DNA of 64,000 nt, taken from assembly GCA_016187465.1 (NCBI GenBank), contig JACPJQ010000004.1, positions 104,861 through 168,860 on the forward strand. The letters run 5' to 3'. The translations under genes were made by a program, and so were the position numbers. Position 1 is the first letter of the stretch; each line of letters starts with the position of its first letter. This document shows positions 17,192 to 27,665 of this stretch, piece after piece. The notes under the pieces were generated by a model. The model searched no databases and was not told the origin of the DNA. It saw nothing but the letters and a program-made list of their open reading frames with translations. The stretch comes from Candidatus Woesearchaeota archaeon. Lineage in GTDB: Archaea > Nanobdellota > Nanobdellia > Woesearchaeales > GW2011-AR4.

Positions 17192-18490
17192 CTATCTAAA
17201 TCTTCTAGAATGATAGCTTCCTCTTCTTTCACCTGAGCCGTGGCTTGCTCTTTCCTCTCTTGGATGATAAGGCCTTTTTTGTTCACCAAATCTGTGGCTC
17301 CTGCCTTCCCTTGAGTAAGAGCCGTGCCGCTGATAGCCATGCCCTCTTGGCCCGAAATGGGACCTTTGGGATGCGAAAAACGGCACCCTCTGAAATTCAG
17401 GAAGCTTCAGCTGCCCAATGACCAAAGACCTGTCTTCAAGCACATTCCTAAAATTATCATGGTCTTGCTCAGATAATAAGGATATAACCTTTCCTTCTGT
17501 CCCTGCCCTTGCAGTCCTTCCAATCCGATGGATGTATTCTTTGGATGTTTTTGGTATGTCATAATTGATTATGTGGCTTACATTTTTAATGTCCAGTCCC
17601 CTGGCTGCAACATCGCTGGCAACCAGTATATTTGCCTTATTGCCGTGGAACATTTCAATGGCTTGCTTCCTTCTGCTCTGCGTCAATCCGCCATGTATCC
17701 TCAGGGAGTTGATGCCTTGCTTGTAAAGATTTTTGCTCAACACATCAACCCTGTTTCTCGTTGCGCAGAAAATTATTGCAAGTCCCGGTGATTCATGCCT
17801 TAAAATATGCACCAGCAGGGAAAACTTATCCCTTGAGTTTACTGAGTAGAAGTGCTGCGCAAGCTTGCTTTCTTCAACATATGACTGCACTTTGATTTTT
17901 TCCGGATTTCGCATATAGTGTTTTACAATTTCCTGAACCTGATGGGAGATTGTTGCGCTGAAAAGCAATGTCTGCCTTTCCTTTGGAATCTGGGAGATTA
18001 TCTTCTTGACATCATCTATAAACCCCATTTCAAACATCTTGTCTGCTTCGTCCAAAACAAGGATTTTTACTTTAGTTAAATGGGCAGTTCCCCTCTGGAT
18101 ATGGTCAAGCATCCTTCCAGGAGTTGCTACCACAATGTCTGCATGCCTCAAGTCATGTATTTGCGGGTTGATTGAAACGCCCCCGTAAACTGCGGTAATT
18201 GACATTCTCTTGTGCTTGGAAAATTTCCGCATCTCTGTCGTGACTTGCTCGCACAATTCACGGGTCGGCACAAGGATTAAAGTCTGTAACCCGTGAGTGT
18301 GGATTACCTTCTCAAGAATTGGAAACCCAAATGCAGCTGTCTTTCCGGAGCCTGTCTGCGACTGGCCTATCACATCTCTGCCTTGCTGAATCAAAGGAAT
18401 GGCTTTTTCCTGAATGTCAGTCAGCTCAAGAAACCCCATATCCTCAAATGCTTTTGCCAGCTCTGGCTGTAAATGTATGCCTGAAACCAT
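17192..18490 (-). CDS. DEAD-box ATP-dependent RNA helicase with RG-rich C-terminal tail
   Basis: Q-motif, GSGKTAAF, DEAD, SAT, HRIGRTARAG. Confidence 0.9.
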   Translation of the reverse strand: MVSGIHLQPELAKAFEDMGFLELTDIQEKAIPLIQQGRDVIGQSQTGSGKTAAFGFPILEKVIHTHGLQTLILVPTRELCEQVTTEMRKFSKHKRMSITAVYGGVSINPQIHDLRHADIVVATPGRMLDHIQRGTAHLTKVKILVLDEADKMFEMGFIDDVKKIISQIPKERQTLLFSATISHQVQEIVKHYMRNPEKIKVQSYVEESKLAQHFYSVNSRDKFSLLVHILRHESPGLAIIFCATRNRVDVLSKNLYKQGINSLRIHGGLTQSRRKQAIEMFHGNKANILVASDVAARGLDIKNVSHIINYDIPKTSKEYIHRIGRTARAGTEGKVISLLSEQDHDNFRNVLEDRSLVIGQLKLPEFQRVPFFASQRSHFGPRGHGYQRHGSYSREGRSHRFGEQKRPYHPREERASHGSGERRGSYHSRRFR

Positions 18491-18644
18491 TTTAATTGTA
18501 TTTTATCGTGTTTTTGTTTGTATATTTAGTGTCCGCACGTCTGTTTATTTATATACCTTTGTGTTTATCCGATATCAAATACCGCTGCCCACTGGACAGC
18601 TGCGCGTGTGAAGTATATAAAGGAGTTCTGACCATACTTTCAAA

Positions 18645-19775
18645 ATGCTCAAAACAGGCATTGCAAATCTCCCATTGCATAACGGACAAGCACCTCGTTG
18701 GTTGTTTAGTAGGATGATTAAATTGACCCAATCGGTTTCAGAAGCAGTCATTAATGAGTTTGGATCAGATGTATTTTTAAGCCGATTAGGTGATCCATTT
18801 TGGTTTCAATCTTTAGCCTGCGTCGTTGGATACGACTGGCATTCTAGTGGTACCACTACTGTCACATGTGGAGCTCTCAAGCAAGCATTAAACAACCAAA
18901 ATCTTGGAATACAAATTGCAGGCGGCAAGGGAAAAATATCAAAAAAGGCATTAGAAGAAATAGAGAATACCGATTTTGATTTATCAACGACAAAAATTGA
19001 AAAATTAAAATATTCTTCCAGAATGAGCGCTAAAGTGGATAATTCTCTTGTTCAGGACAGCTACCAGCTTTACCACCATTCTTTTATATTTGATGAAAAA
19101 GGGAAATGGGTCGTCATACAGCAAGGAATGAACTCAGAAACAAAATACGCCCGCAGATACCATTGGCTTAGCGATAATATTGTTGATTTTGTTGAAGAGC
19201 CCCATAGTGCAATTTGCTGCGATAGTATGAATAATGAAACCCTAGACTTGACATCAAAAAACAGCAATGAAATAAAAAAGATTTCTGTTGATTTGGTTAA
19301 TGACGACATCAGTCATCTTAAAAAATATTTTAATGTCAGAATAAAAACAAAAAAATCAAATTCAGTCCAAAAAACAATAAGCGATTTCAATGAAAATCAA
19401 AAAACAAAAATAATGACGATGGTGCCTAGACATACAATCATTGAAATGGGCAAACGAAACATGGAAATGCTGCAAAAAGCCCATGAATTTCAGCCTCAAA
19501 ATTATGAGGAGCTTGTTGCCATAAAAGGCATTGGCGCCAAGACAATAAGAAGTTTGGCATTGATTTCAGAATTGATTTATGGGGCAGAAATACAATGGAA
19601 AGATCCTGTTAAATATTCATTTGCGCATGGAGGAAAAGATAGAATACCTTTCGAGATTGACGGAAAGCACTATGATGAAACAATTGAAATAATGAGAAAT
19701 GCGGTTAATGATGCTAAAATTGGCGATAAGGACAGGTTAAATGCTATAAGAAGGCTTAGTATTTTTTATTCTTAG
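18645..19775 (+). CDS. conserved archaeal protein, DUF763-like, with C-terminal helix-hairpin-helix
   Basis: N-terminal LPLHNGQAPRWLF...GYDWHSSGTTTV; C-terminal IKGIGAKTIRSLALISELI. Confidence 0.45.
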   Translation: MLKTGIANLPLHNGQAPRWLFSRMIKLTQSVSEAVINEFGSDVFLSRLGDPFWFQSLACVVGYDWHSSGTTTVTCGALKQALNNQNLGIQIAGGKGKISKKALEEIENTDFDLSTTKIEKLKYSSRMSAKVDNSLVQDSYQLYHHSFIFDEKGKWVVIQQGMNSETKYARRYHWLSDNIVDFVEEPHSAICCDSMNNETLDLTSKNSNEIKKISVDLVNDDISHLKKYFNVRIKTKKSNSVQKTISDFNENQKTKIMTMVPRHTIIEMGKRNMEMLQKAHEFQPQNYEELVAIKGIGAKTIRSLALISELIYGAEIQWKDPVKYSFAHGGKDRIPFEIDGKHYDETIEIMRNAVNDAKIGDKDRLNAIRRLSIFYS

Positions 19776-19819
19776 CAATAATTTTAAACTAGGGTTTATT
19801 CCTTAATCTTAGTGAGATT

Positions 19820-20389
19820 TTGGTACAGGATACAATTCCAATTAATGTCTTTGAAATTAATAATGGAGTCGGAGCAGTATTCCCTAAAAGTTTCCACACT
19901 AATCTGGCCTTGGAGAAAATCTTAGGGTTATTGGACTCTTATCATTCTGAAATTCTTAAAAATAGTAATGTTACAAAACAAAAGGGCATCCAGCTTAAAA
20001 AATTATGGATAGAACCTGTTGGACAAGAAACAGATTCGGATCAAAAATCCTACAGAGTTGTAGGAGAATATGTTGGCAATTTACCAAATAATGTGACTGC
20101 AGTTGAGGAAGAATATGGATTGCCAAACAGCAGAATTCCTTACGAAGTTAAATTTGGAGAGATAGTTATAAAAATTACAGAAGTCAATGGCAAATTTGAA
20201 CAAAAATATAATCTGTACAGTGTTGAATTTTCTATGAGAGACAAAAACGCACTAGAGGATAAATTAAGTCATGGCTTTTTGGTAGATGATAAAACTAATA
20301 TACATCATCAAGTAGCTGAAGTCAATAATATTTGTAAATACATTATTAGTGTTTGGCCCAGATTAAAACCTGAATTTAAACCTATTTAA
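19820..20389 (+). CDS. hypothetical protein
   Basis: 189-aa ORF. Confidence 0.3.
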   Translation: MVQDTIPINVFEINNGVGAVFPKSFHTNLALEKILGLLDSYHSEILKNSNVTKQKGIQLKKLWIEPVGQETDSDQKSYRVVGEYVGNLPNNVTAVEEEYGLPNSRIPYEVKFGEIVIKITEVNGKFEQKYNLYSVEFSMRDKNALEDKLSHGFLVDDKTNIHHQVAEVNNICKYIISVWPRLKPEFKPI

Positions 20390-20393
20390 TGAC

Positions 20394-21101
20394 CTATCTC
20401 CCTCCCAAATAAATCTTCTCGATTCTTTTATCGTTCAAAATATTTTTGTTTCCGCTCAAAGCAATTTTTCCATCTTCCAAAACAAATATTTTGTCTGCAA
20501 TGCCAGTTGCCTGCCTTGCGTTCTGCTCCACAATCATAATGGCTACGCCTTCTTCATTTATCTCTTTGATTTTTTTAAATAATTCTTTCATTATTTTGGG
20601 CGCCAATCCAAGAGAAGGCTCATCAAGAAGCAGCAATTGCGGGTCCTGCACCAATGCCCTGCCGATTGCAAGCATCTGCTGCTGCCCTCCTGATAATGTA
20701 AAAGCGTAATCGCCAAGCTTTTCTCTCAAGTCAGGAAAATGAACGCTTAAGACTTCCTCAATTCTTTCCTCAATTAAATTTTTTTCTTTTGTAAGGAAAG
20801 CGCCCATCTCAAGATTTTCCTTTACTGTCAAAGTGTTGAACACCTGCCTTCCCTGCAGTACATAGCTGATTCCCAATTCAATCAATTGGTGGGTTGGTAT
20901 TTTTGTAATATTCTTATTCTTGAAAATGATTTTTCCATTATAAACATCAACTAAATTAAATATGCTTTTTAATAAAGTAGATTTTCCAGCGCCGTTCGGC
21001 CCAATTAAAACAGCAATCTCATCAGGCTTGACATCTAAACTGATGCCAAACAGCACTTGCATTTTCCCATATCCCGACTCAAGCTTTCTTATTGATAGCA
21101 T
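20394..21101 (-). CDS. livF: branched-chain amino-acid ABC transporter ATP-binding protein (LivF-like)
   Basis: Walker A GPNGAGKST, LSGGQQQMLAIGRAL, LLLDEPS. Confidence 0.85.
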   Translation of the reverse strand: MLSIRKLESGYGKMQVLFGISLDVKPDEIAVLIGPNGAGKSTLLKSIFNLVDVYNGKIIFKNKNITKIPTHQLIELGISYVLQGRQVFNTLTVKENLEMGAFLTKEKNLIEERIEEVLSVHFPDLREKLGDYAFTLSGGQQQMLAIGRALVQDPQLLLLDEPSLGLAPKIMKELFKKIKEINEEGVAIMIVEQNARQATGIADKIFVLEDGKIALSGNKNILNDKRIEKIYLGGR

Positions 21102-22206
21102 TTGAATCCAATTTTACGCGCATAATTCTGTCATCGTTAAGTTTTGGAAATCCTCTCCCGTCTCTATTGCTGGTTGCAATGTAAAGATAACCCTCATTCT
21201 CAACAACATCCCTTATCCTCCCGAATTCGCTAAATAATTCCTCTTCGTTAAGAATAGTTACGTAGTCCTTATCCAAAACAAATTTCCTTATTTGTGTTCC
21301 CCTTAAACCTCCAACATACAAGTCATCATTATAAAATGCGATTCCTGAAGGCGCTAAAGTAAATTCAGAAAAGCACCTCAACGGCTTTTCATATCCTGAA
21401 GTTTTGTCGCACTCTTCAATCGGCCAGCCGTAATTTTTGCCTTTAACAATAAGGTTGATTTCATCATTTTTTGTTGGTCCATGCTCGGAAGCATACAACT
21501 GCTTGCTGACAGGATGCCACGCCAATCCTTGGGGATTCCTATGGCCATAAGAGTAAACATAGTTATGGAAAGAGTTGTCGTCTGGAATAGTGCCGTCTTT
21601 ATTCGTTCTTAATATCTTTCCTGCTAAGGAATTGATGTCCTGCGCAGATGATGGCGCAGTTGCATCTCCTGTTGTAATGTAAAGTTTTCCGTCAGGGCCG
21701 AATTTCAGTCTGCCGCCGTCATGGAACCTTTCATTGGGAATGTTGTCCAGCAATATAAATTCCTGCTCAAATCTGCCATTTAAAATAAATCTTGAAACTC
21801 GGTTCCCATTTTCATGAGTGTAATAAACATACACAAATCTGTTTTTTTCAAAATCAGGATCAACCGCTATCCCCAGCAAGCCAGACTCACTTATTTCGCT
21901 TACATTGATGTCAGCAACAGCCGTAATTTTGCCGTTATCCAGAATGCTGACTTTGCCATACCTTTCAGTGAAAATCATTTTTCCATCTGGCAAAAAGTCA
22001 ATTGCCCACGGAGTGTCCAAGTTTTCCGCCAAAACTTCAATTTCAGGATATTTTTGCTCAATTTTTTTTGTGTTGATAAAATAAATGTATGTAACAACAA
22101 TCAATATGCCAATAAATATTGGAATTAAACTTTTGATTTTTTTGTTATTTGCCAAGATAAGCCTCCAAAACTCTTTTATCTTTTGCAATGTCTTTTGGCT
22201 TTCCAA
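21079..22206 (-). CDS. soluble PQQ-type sugar (glucose/sorbosone) dehydrogenase-like beta-propeller protein with N-terminal membrane anchor
   Basis: propeller motifs incl. GHRNPQGLAWHP...YGWP; embedded in the liv operon with overlaps at both ends. Confidence 0.6.
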   Translation of the reverse strand: MESQKTLQKIKEFWRLILANNKKIKSLIPIFIGILIVVTYIYFINTKKIEQKYPEIEVLAENLDTPWAIDFLPDGKMIFTERYGKVSILDNGKITAVADINVSEISESGLLGIAVDPDFEKNRFVYVYYTHENGNRVSRFILNGRFEQEFILLDNIPNERFHDGGRLKFGPDGKLYITTGDATAPSSAQDINSLAGKILRTNKDGTIPDDNSFHNYVYSYGHRNPQGLAWHPVSKQLYASEHGPTKNDEINLIVKGKNYGWPIEECDKTSGYEKPLRCFSEFTLAPSGIAFYNDDLYVGGLRGTQIRKFVLDKDYVTILNEEELFSEFGRIRDVVENEGYLYIATSNRDGRGFPKLNDDRIMRVKLDSNAINKKA

Positions 22207-22831
22207 TTTTCAAAACCTTGCCTTCGTTTAAAACAACAACAAAATCGCTTATATCCATCACGAAGTCCATGTCATGCTCTATCAGCAGGATAGTTTTGCC
22301 ATCCTTTCTTAGCCTTTTTAGGATTGATTTTAACTCCTGCCTTATTCTTGGGTTTACGCCTGCAGTGGGCTCGTCAAGCATTAAAAGCGAATGCGGCTTT
22401 AGCAATGCCCTTGCCAGCTCCAGCAGTCTCTGCTGGCCGTACGATAGTTCAGATGCAGTTGTGTTAAGCGGTTTCTGCAAATAGACACTTTCAAGCAACT
22501 TTTTCATTTTATCTTCGCCTGTATTATTGGCAATCAGAAGGTTGTCTTTTATTGACATATTTTTGAAAACCTTTGTCAGCTGGAAGGTTCTGCTTATGCC
22601 TGCCTGCGCTATCTTATAAGGAGGCAAATTATTTATTTTTTTATTGAGAAGTTTTATTGTGCCAGAGTCGGGTGCTGTTAGTCCGCTTATAACATTGAAT
22701 AAAGTTGTCTTTCCCGCGCCATTCGGCCCGATAAGGGAGGTAATTGTGTTCTCTTTAACTTCAAAACTGCAGCCATCAACAGCTTTGATTCCGCCAAAAT
22801 TTTTTGAAATATTTTTTACTGATAGCATCAT
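22145..22831 (-). CDS. livG: branched-chain amino-acid ABC transporter ATP-binding protein (LivG-like)
   Basis: GPNGAGKTT, LSYGQQRLLELARAL, LMLDEPTAG. Confidence 0.85.
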   Translation of the reverse strand: MMLSVKNISKNFGGIKAVDGCSFEVKENTITSLIGPNGAGKTTLFNVISGLTAPDSGTIKLLNKKINNLPPYKIAQAGISRTFQLTKVFKNMSIKDNLLIANNTGEDKMKKLLESVYLQKPLNTTASELSYGQQRLLELARALLKPHSLLMLDEPTAGVNPRIRQELKSILKRLRKDGKTILLIEHDMDFVMDISDFVVVLNEGKVLKIGKPKDIAKDKRVLEAYLGK

Positions 22832-23679
22832 ACATCAACCTTTCCGAATATGCCTTTTGGTTTGTAGATTAAAATAATTATAAGTATGACCACATAAACG
22901 ATATCTCTTACAGCGCCTATCAATGAAGGGCTTACAACAATATACCTCATTGCCTCTGACACTATCGATAATCCAAAAACCCCAACAATAGAGCCTTTCA
23001 ATGAAGCCAAGCCGCCTGCAATGAGCATTGATATAACAAAGATAAAAAACTCCAAGTCAAAAACGCTTGGATCAACAAAATTAATGTGATGCGCAAACAA
23101 AGAGCCTGCTATTCCTGCAAAAAATGTTGATATCGCAATTGAAAGCACTTTGTAAAAATAAGTGTTCTTGCCGAGAATTGCTGCTGCAGTCTCATCATCT
23201 CTTATTGCCTGCAATACCTTGCCTGTTTCTGAGTTTGTGAGTTTGTATAAAAATAAAATGCATAGCCCTGCAACAGCCCAGCTGAAAATCATATAATAAA
23301 AATTATCCCTTATGATGTCGGGCACTCCGGGAATGCCCAAAGCCCCCCTTGTCAATGAAATCCAGTTTCTTGAGATTGCAGTTGCTATAAAAACTAACCC
23401 CAAAGTGACCATAGCGAAGTATTCCCCTTTCAGCCTAACAGTTATTGCAGCAATCAATGTGCCTAAAACAGATGCAAGCAAACCAGCAAGGATAAATGCA
23501 AAATACCATGGAATGCCATGTGTGGTTAAGATTGCAGAGGTGTAAGCTCCAATTCCGAAGAAAACCATGTGGCCAAGGTTAATCAATCCTGTAAAGCCGA
23601 CAGCAAGATTAAGAGCGAGAACCAGAATAGTGTAAAATGCCAGTGAAGTCATTAAAATAACAAAGTAATCAAGTATCAT
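22828..23679 (-). CDS. livM: branched-chain amino-acid ABC transporter permease (LivM-like)
   Basis: polytopic membrane protein; order and overlaps typical of the livHMGF operon. Confidence 0.8.
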   Translation of the reverse strand: MILDYFVILMTSLAFYTILVLALNLAVGFTGLINLGHMVFFGIGAYTSAILTTHGIPWYFAFILAGLLASVLGTLIAAITVRLKGEYFAMVTLGLVFIATAISRNWISLTRGALGIPGVPDIIRDNFYYMIFSWAVAGLCILFLYKLTNSETGKVLQAIRDDETAAAILGKNTYFYKVLSIAISTFFAGIAGSLFAHHINFVDPSVFDLEFFIFVISMLIAGGLASLKGSIVGVFGLSIVSEAMRYIVVSPSLIGAVRDIVYVVILIIILIYKPKGIFGKVDV

Positions 23680-24559
23680 CTCTCATCCCCCTTCCCAAAA
23701 TGCCTCTTGGCCTAAGCAATAAGAACAATAATAAAATGCTGAATGATATTGCATCTTTGTATCCGCTTGGCAAAAACCATATTCCAAGGTTTTCCACTAA
23801 GCCAATAAACAAGCCGCCTATGATTGCGCCAGGCACAGAATTTATTCCACCGACAACAGAGCTGATAAAGCCCTTCACAATTATAATCACGCTCATTCTC
23901 GGATAAAGATTTTGCTCCAAGCCTATTAGAATTCCAGAAATTCCTGCGAAAATCCCAGCAATAATGAAAGTGTAAGTGTAGATTTTTTCCGGGTTGATGC
24001 CAACAACTTGTGCAACCTCTTTGTTGTCTGACAATGCACGCATTGCCTTTCCAAGCCTTGTTTTTCTCATCAAAATCCAAAGAAGCAAAAAGAGCAATAC
24101 AGCAGAAATTATTATTGCAAGCTGGATTGATGTTATGGTAAATAACCCAAAATCAAAGCTTTTATTGTGTTTGCTCAGCAGCAATGTCTTTGTGCTTGGA
24201 CCGAATAAAGCGCGAATTAATGACGCTGTAAATGTCAGGATTGCCAGGGAAGATATAAGCAAAATTACTCCTGTGGCTTTCCTTTTTCTTAGTGGCGTAT
24301 AAACAGCATAATTCATTAGCAGAGTTGCAGCTACCGCAATTGATATAGTTAGCAAAATGCTTAATATGCCGTTTAGACCAACTTGATTTGATAAAGTAAA
24401 CAATGCATATGCTGCAATCGCTATCGCTGCCCCCTGAGCAAAATGAAGAAACCTTATGACATAGTAAGCAAGAGAAAATCCCGAGGCGGCCAATGCATAA
24501 ATCGAGCCTGCAATCAAGCCATTAACGATAAGTTGAGGCAGAATTGATAGTGACGGCAT
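23669..24559 (-). CDS. livH: branched-chain amino-acid ABC transporter permease (LivH-like)
   Basis: polytopic membrane protein upstream of LivM. Confidence 0.8.
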   Translation of the reverse strand: MPSLSILPQLIVNGLIAGSIYALAASGFSLAYYVIRFLHFAQGAAIAIAAYALFTLSNQVGLNGILSILLTISIAVAATLLMNYAVYTPLRKRKATGVILLISSLAILTFTASLIRALFGPSTKTLLLSKHNKSFDFGLFTITSIQLAIIISAVLLFLLLWILMRKTRLGKAMRALSDNKEVAQVVGINPEKIYTYTFIIAGIFAGISGILIGLEQNLYPRMSVIIIVKGFISSVVGGINSVPGAIIGGLFIGLVENLGIWFLPSGYKDAISFSILLLFLLLRPRGILGRGMRDDT

Positions 24560-24630
24560 TTTTCAATTTTTATAGTTTTGTTTATTTAAAGTTATTGAAA
24601 AAGAAATAAAAAAATAAAACAAAACTTGAA

Positions 24631-25779
24631 TTACCTTAGCATAACCGGCTGGCTGTTCTTTACTTGCAATATTGAGTACTCCATGATTGGATCGCCGTTG
24701 TCATCGATCGTCAATTTTCCTACAGCCCCATCATAATCTTTCACTTCATATAGGTAATCCCTTATCTTCTCGCTGTCGTAGCCGTATTTTCCAATAGCAT
24801 CTGCAAGCAGATATACTATATCATAAGCGCCCGCCATGTATCCTGGAAAAGGAGGCTCTTCCTTGGCTTCCTGCGTATATTTTGCCACCAAGGCAGCTGC
24901 TTTTGGATTTTTCTCGTCAAACTTCTGCTCAATGCCGATTAACCCTTCCATGTCCGCGCCATTCTCCTTGATAATATTTCTTCCTATAAGCACCTCTGCA
25001 GTTAGCAACTGCTTAGCGTATCCAGATTCCTTTAACTGCTTAATGAGCAGAATGCCTTTTGCAGGGGCCTGCGGCACTAGATAGATGACATCAGGGTTAG
25101 TCACTTTTACCTTTGCGACTTGTGCTCTGAAATCAGTATCCTCAGGATTGTAAGTTTCGTCAGCAACAATCTCGCTGCCTAGCTTTACAAAATTCTCCTT
25201 GAAAACATTTCTTAAGCCCTGCGCATAATCTGTTGTTTCTGATATTACTGCTGCTTTTTTGGCATTAGCGTCTTTGAAGGCATATTCAGAAGCCACAATT
25301 CCAGCAAATGCGTCGCTCGGGGCAACCCTAAAAACAAAATCCCCAGCTTTTGTAATGTCGGGGGATGTTGCACTTGGCGAAATCAAAATGACCTTATCTG
25401 CTTCGGTTATCGGAGCTGCACCAAGTGTTTCGCCTGAACACACTCCACCTACAATAACCTTGACCTTGTCAATATTCACAAGCTTTTGAGCAGCAGCATT
25501 TCCATCTTTTGGATTACATTTGCTGTCTTCGTAAATCGCCTCCAGCTTTCTTCCGTTCACTCCGCCTTTTGAATTTACTTCCTGAAGAGCTATCTTAAAT
25601 GCTTTCTGTATCGGCAGTCCATAAGCGGCTGCATCGCCCGACAGAGGCATCATCACTCCGATCTTGTAAGAGCCGACTAATTCTTTTTCTTCTTCGACTT
25701 GTTGTGCTGGCTGTTTGGGCGCACAGGCTGTTAGAATTATTACAATTAATGTTAAGAATGCAAACATTGTTTTATTCAT
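24631..25779 (-). CDS. livK: Leu/Ile/Val-type periplasmic-binding (LivK/LivJ-like) lipoprotein
   Basis: type-I PBP fold motifs; N-terminal signal with LTAC lipobox. Confidence 0.8.
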   Translation of the reverse strand: MNKTMFAFLTLIVIILTACAPKQPAQQVEEEKELVGSYKIGVMMPLSGDAAAYGLPIQKAFKIALQEVNSKGGVNGRKLEAIYEDSKCNPKDGNAAAQKLVNIDKVKVIVGGVCSGETLGAAPITEADKVILISPSATSPDITKAGDFVFRVAPSDAFAGIVASEYAFKDANAKKAAVISETTDYAQGLRNVFKENFVKLGSEIVADETYNPEDTDFRAQVAKVKVTNPDVIYLVPQAPAKGILLIKQLKESGYAKQLLTAEVLIGRNIIKENGADMEGLIGIEQKFDEKNPKAAALVAKYTQEAKEEPPFPGYMAGAYDIVYLLADAIGKYGYDSEKIRDYLYEVKDYDGAVGKLTIDDNGDPIMEYSILQVKNSQPVMLR

Positions 25780-25886
25780 CGAAACACCCCCAATTCTTAA
25801 TATTTGCTATATTGAAAGCCTTTTGTATATAAAAGTTTTGTCGCGATTTTGGATATTTTTGTGCAGGCGTGGTGGTGAAAATCCAA

Positions 25887-27293
25887 TTAACGGTCATATC
25901 TGCCCTCATTAAAACTTTTTATCTCATGAATTTGTTCGGACGACAAGTTTGGAGTTATAGGTTTTGTAGGTAATGTGGTGTTTCCAGGCATTTTGCACAT
26001 TTCCAAATAGTAGTTGGTTACAGATTTTCTGAATTCCTGGCTAAGCGGATGGGTAAGTTCAGAAGGCAATGCTGTAAAATCCAGCGCTTGAAATGCCTCT
26101 GGATGTTTCAGGAATACATCTACAAAGAACCAGTTTTCTGGGTCTGACCATCCTTTATTTCCAGGGACCATGCTTTTTGCCACATGTGGACGGGGAACTG
26201 CACCATATTTCGCAATCATATCCAAAGTGAATTCATTAGCAAGCTTCAAAGTCTCCTCAGTATCTACGCCTATGTGTCCAAATACCATCAAAACTTCAGG
26301 AGTCAAACCATAATCCTTGCGGGCAGACCTTATAGCTTCTAGGCATTTGTTTTTTGTGTTTATTCCTTTATTAACTCCTCTCCATACCCTGGGAGTCATT
26401 CCATCAATGCCAAATCCAACAGTATTGAATCCCGCCTCAATGAGTTCTTCGATGGGTTTTCCTGCATGGCTTTTTGCTTTTACGAAGGAATCCACAGTTG
26501 ACAACCCACGTAATTTTATATCAAAGCCCGGGTTTTGTTTTTTTACAGACTGAACGGCATAAGCAAACTCAAGCAGTTCAGGAGGTGATTGAAATACATC
26601 AAGGTTCGACATGTAAATATCTAATTTTTTTAGCCCGAATTTTCTTGCTTTTCCAACTAGGTATTCCAAATCTCCACGCATTACTTCAGGGTCTCTGTAA
26701 GATTCCATTACTCTCCTAAATTCACCGGTGCTAGGGTCGCGAAAACTTCTTACTGCTGCACAAAAGTCGCATAAAAACTTGCAGCCTTGTGAAACGTATA
26801 GTGAAAATTCTCTTGAAAGATATTGCTTCATAGATGCGTCAGGTAATTTTTCATAAGCTGGAATGAGAGAAGTCGCTTCTGGAGATTTTAGATCAGAACT
26901 GTTGATTCCCAATGCTTGGGCAAGTGTTGCATCATTGTTGCCGTTGTAAGCCGATTGTCCAAATAATAATCTAAATTGGGAAGTATTTAATCCTGAAGCT
27001 ACTTGACCGCCAATTAAATAAACCGCATCATTTCTTGTTTCTGCACTTATTTCTTTTTGCATATCTATTGCAATTGGAATGTATGGGGCACCGAGAAGAT
27101 TTATCCCTACATAAGGAGAGGATATTCTCTTAGGCTGAATATTCTCATCATGAATCTCTATATCCACTCCAGCTTCTAATAGCCTTGCTCCTGCAGTAAG
27201 CAATGATGTTGGCATGTAAACATGTCCAATTGGCTCCTCGCTAAACGAAGGAGCGTAATTATGCCTTGGCTGAATCAGTTCCACCTTCTTCAT
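25887..27293 (-). CDS. B12-binding-domain radical SAM protein
   Basis: CKFLCDFC (CxxxCxxC) and N-terminal YMPTSLLTAGARLLEAGVDIEIHDEN resembling the cobalamin-binding domain of class-B radical SAM enzymes. Confidence 0.7.
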   Translation of the reverse strand: MKKVELIQPRHNYAPSFSEEPIGHVYMPTSLLTAGARLLEAGVDIEIHDENIQPKRISSPYVGINLLGAPYIPIAIDMQKEISAETRNDAVYLIGGQVASGLNTSQFRLLFGQSAYNGNNDATLAQALGINSSDLKSPEATSLIPAYEKLPDASMKQYLSREFSLYVSQGCKFLCDFCAAVRSFRDPSTGEFRRVMESYRDPEVMRGDLEYLVGKARKFGLKKLDIYMSNLDVFQSPPELLEFAYAVQSVKKQNPGFDIKLRGLSTVDSFVKAKSHAGKPIEELIEAGFNTVGFGIDGMTPRVWRGVNKGINTKNKCLEAIRSARKDYGLTPEVLMVFGHIGVDTEETLKLANEFTLDMIAKYGAVPRPHVAKSMVPGNKGWSDPENWFFVDVFLKHPEAFQALDFTALPSELTHPLSQEFRKSVTNYYLEMCKMPGNTTLPTKPITPNLSSEQIHEIKSFNEGRYDR

Positions 27294-27568
27294 TGATACC
27301 AGCCTCCGGACCTAAACGAAGAGTAGATTGCTTTCCTGTCATAGCCGGTAGCTTCTGCTACCCACGGCACCAGCATAATCTTCGCATTGGTAGAAGTTGC
27401 AATAGGGCAAGGCCTCATTCCGTCTTTTACGGCTATAAAAGGATGGTTGCTACCTTGTCTTATGCTTACCCCAGGCAATTGTCCCAGCAATTTGACTATT
27501 GCTGATATGCTTATTCCGTCGCTTGTTTTGTTTCCTGCCATCTTATTTTTACTAAAAGTTACTACCAT
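27290..27568 (-). CDS. small protein translationally coupled downstream of the radical SAM gene
   Basis: 4-nt ATGA overlap; 92 aa; no family recognised. Confidence 0.35.
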   Translation of the reverse strand: MVVTFSKNKMAGNKTSDGISISAIVKLLGQLPGVSIRQGSNHPFIAVKDGMRPCPIATSTNAKIMLVPWVAEATGYDRKAIYSSFRSGGWYQ

Positions 27569-27665
27569 TAGATAATAACAAACTTATTAAGAATATCAAA
27601 CTTTCTTTCATTTTTTAACCGATTTATAGAAATATTTATAAATAAAAACAAATAATGGTAGAATA

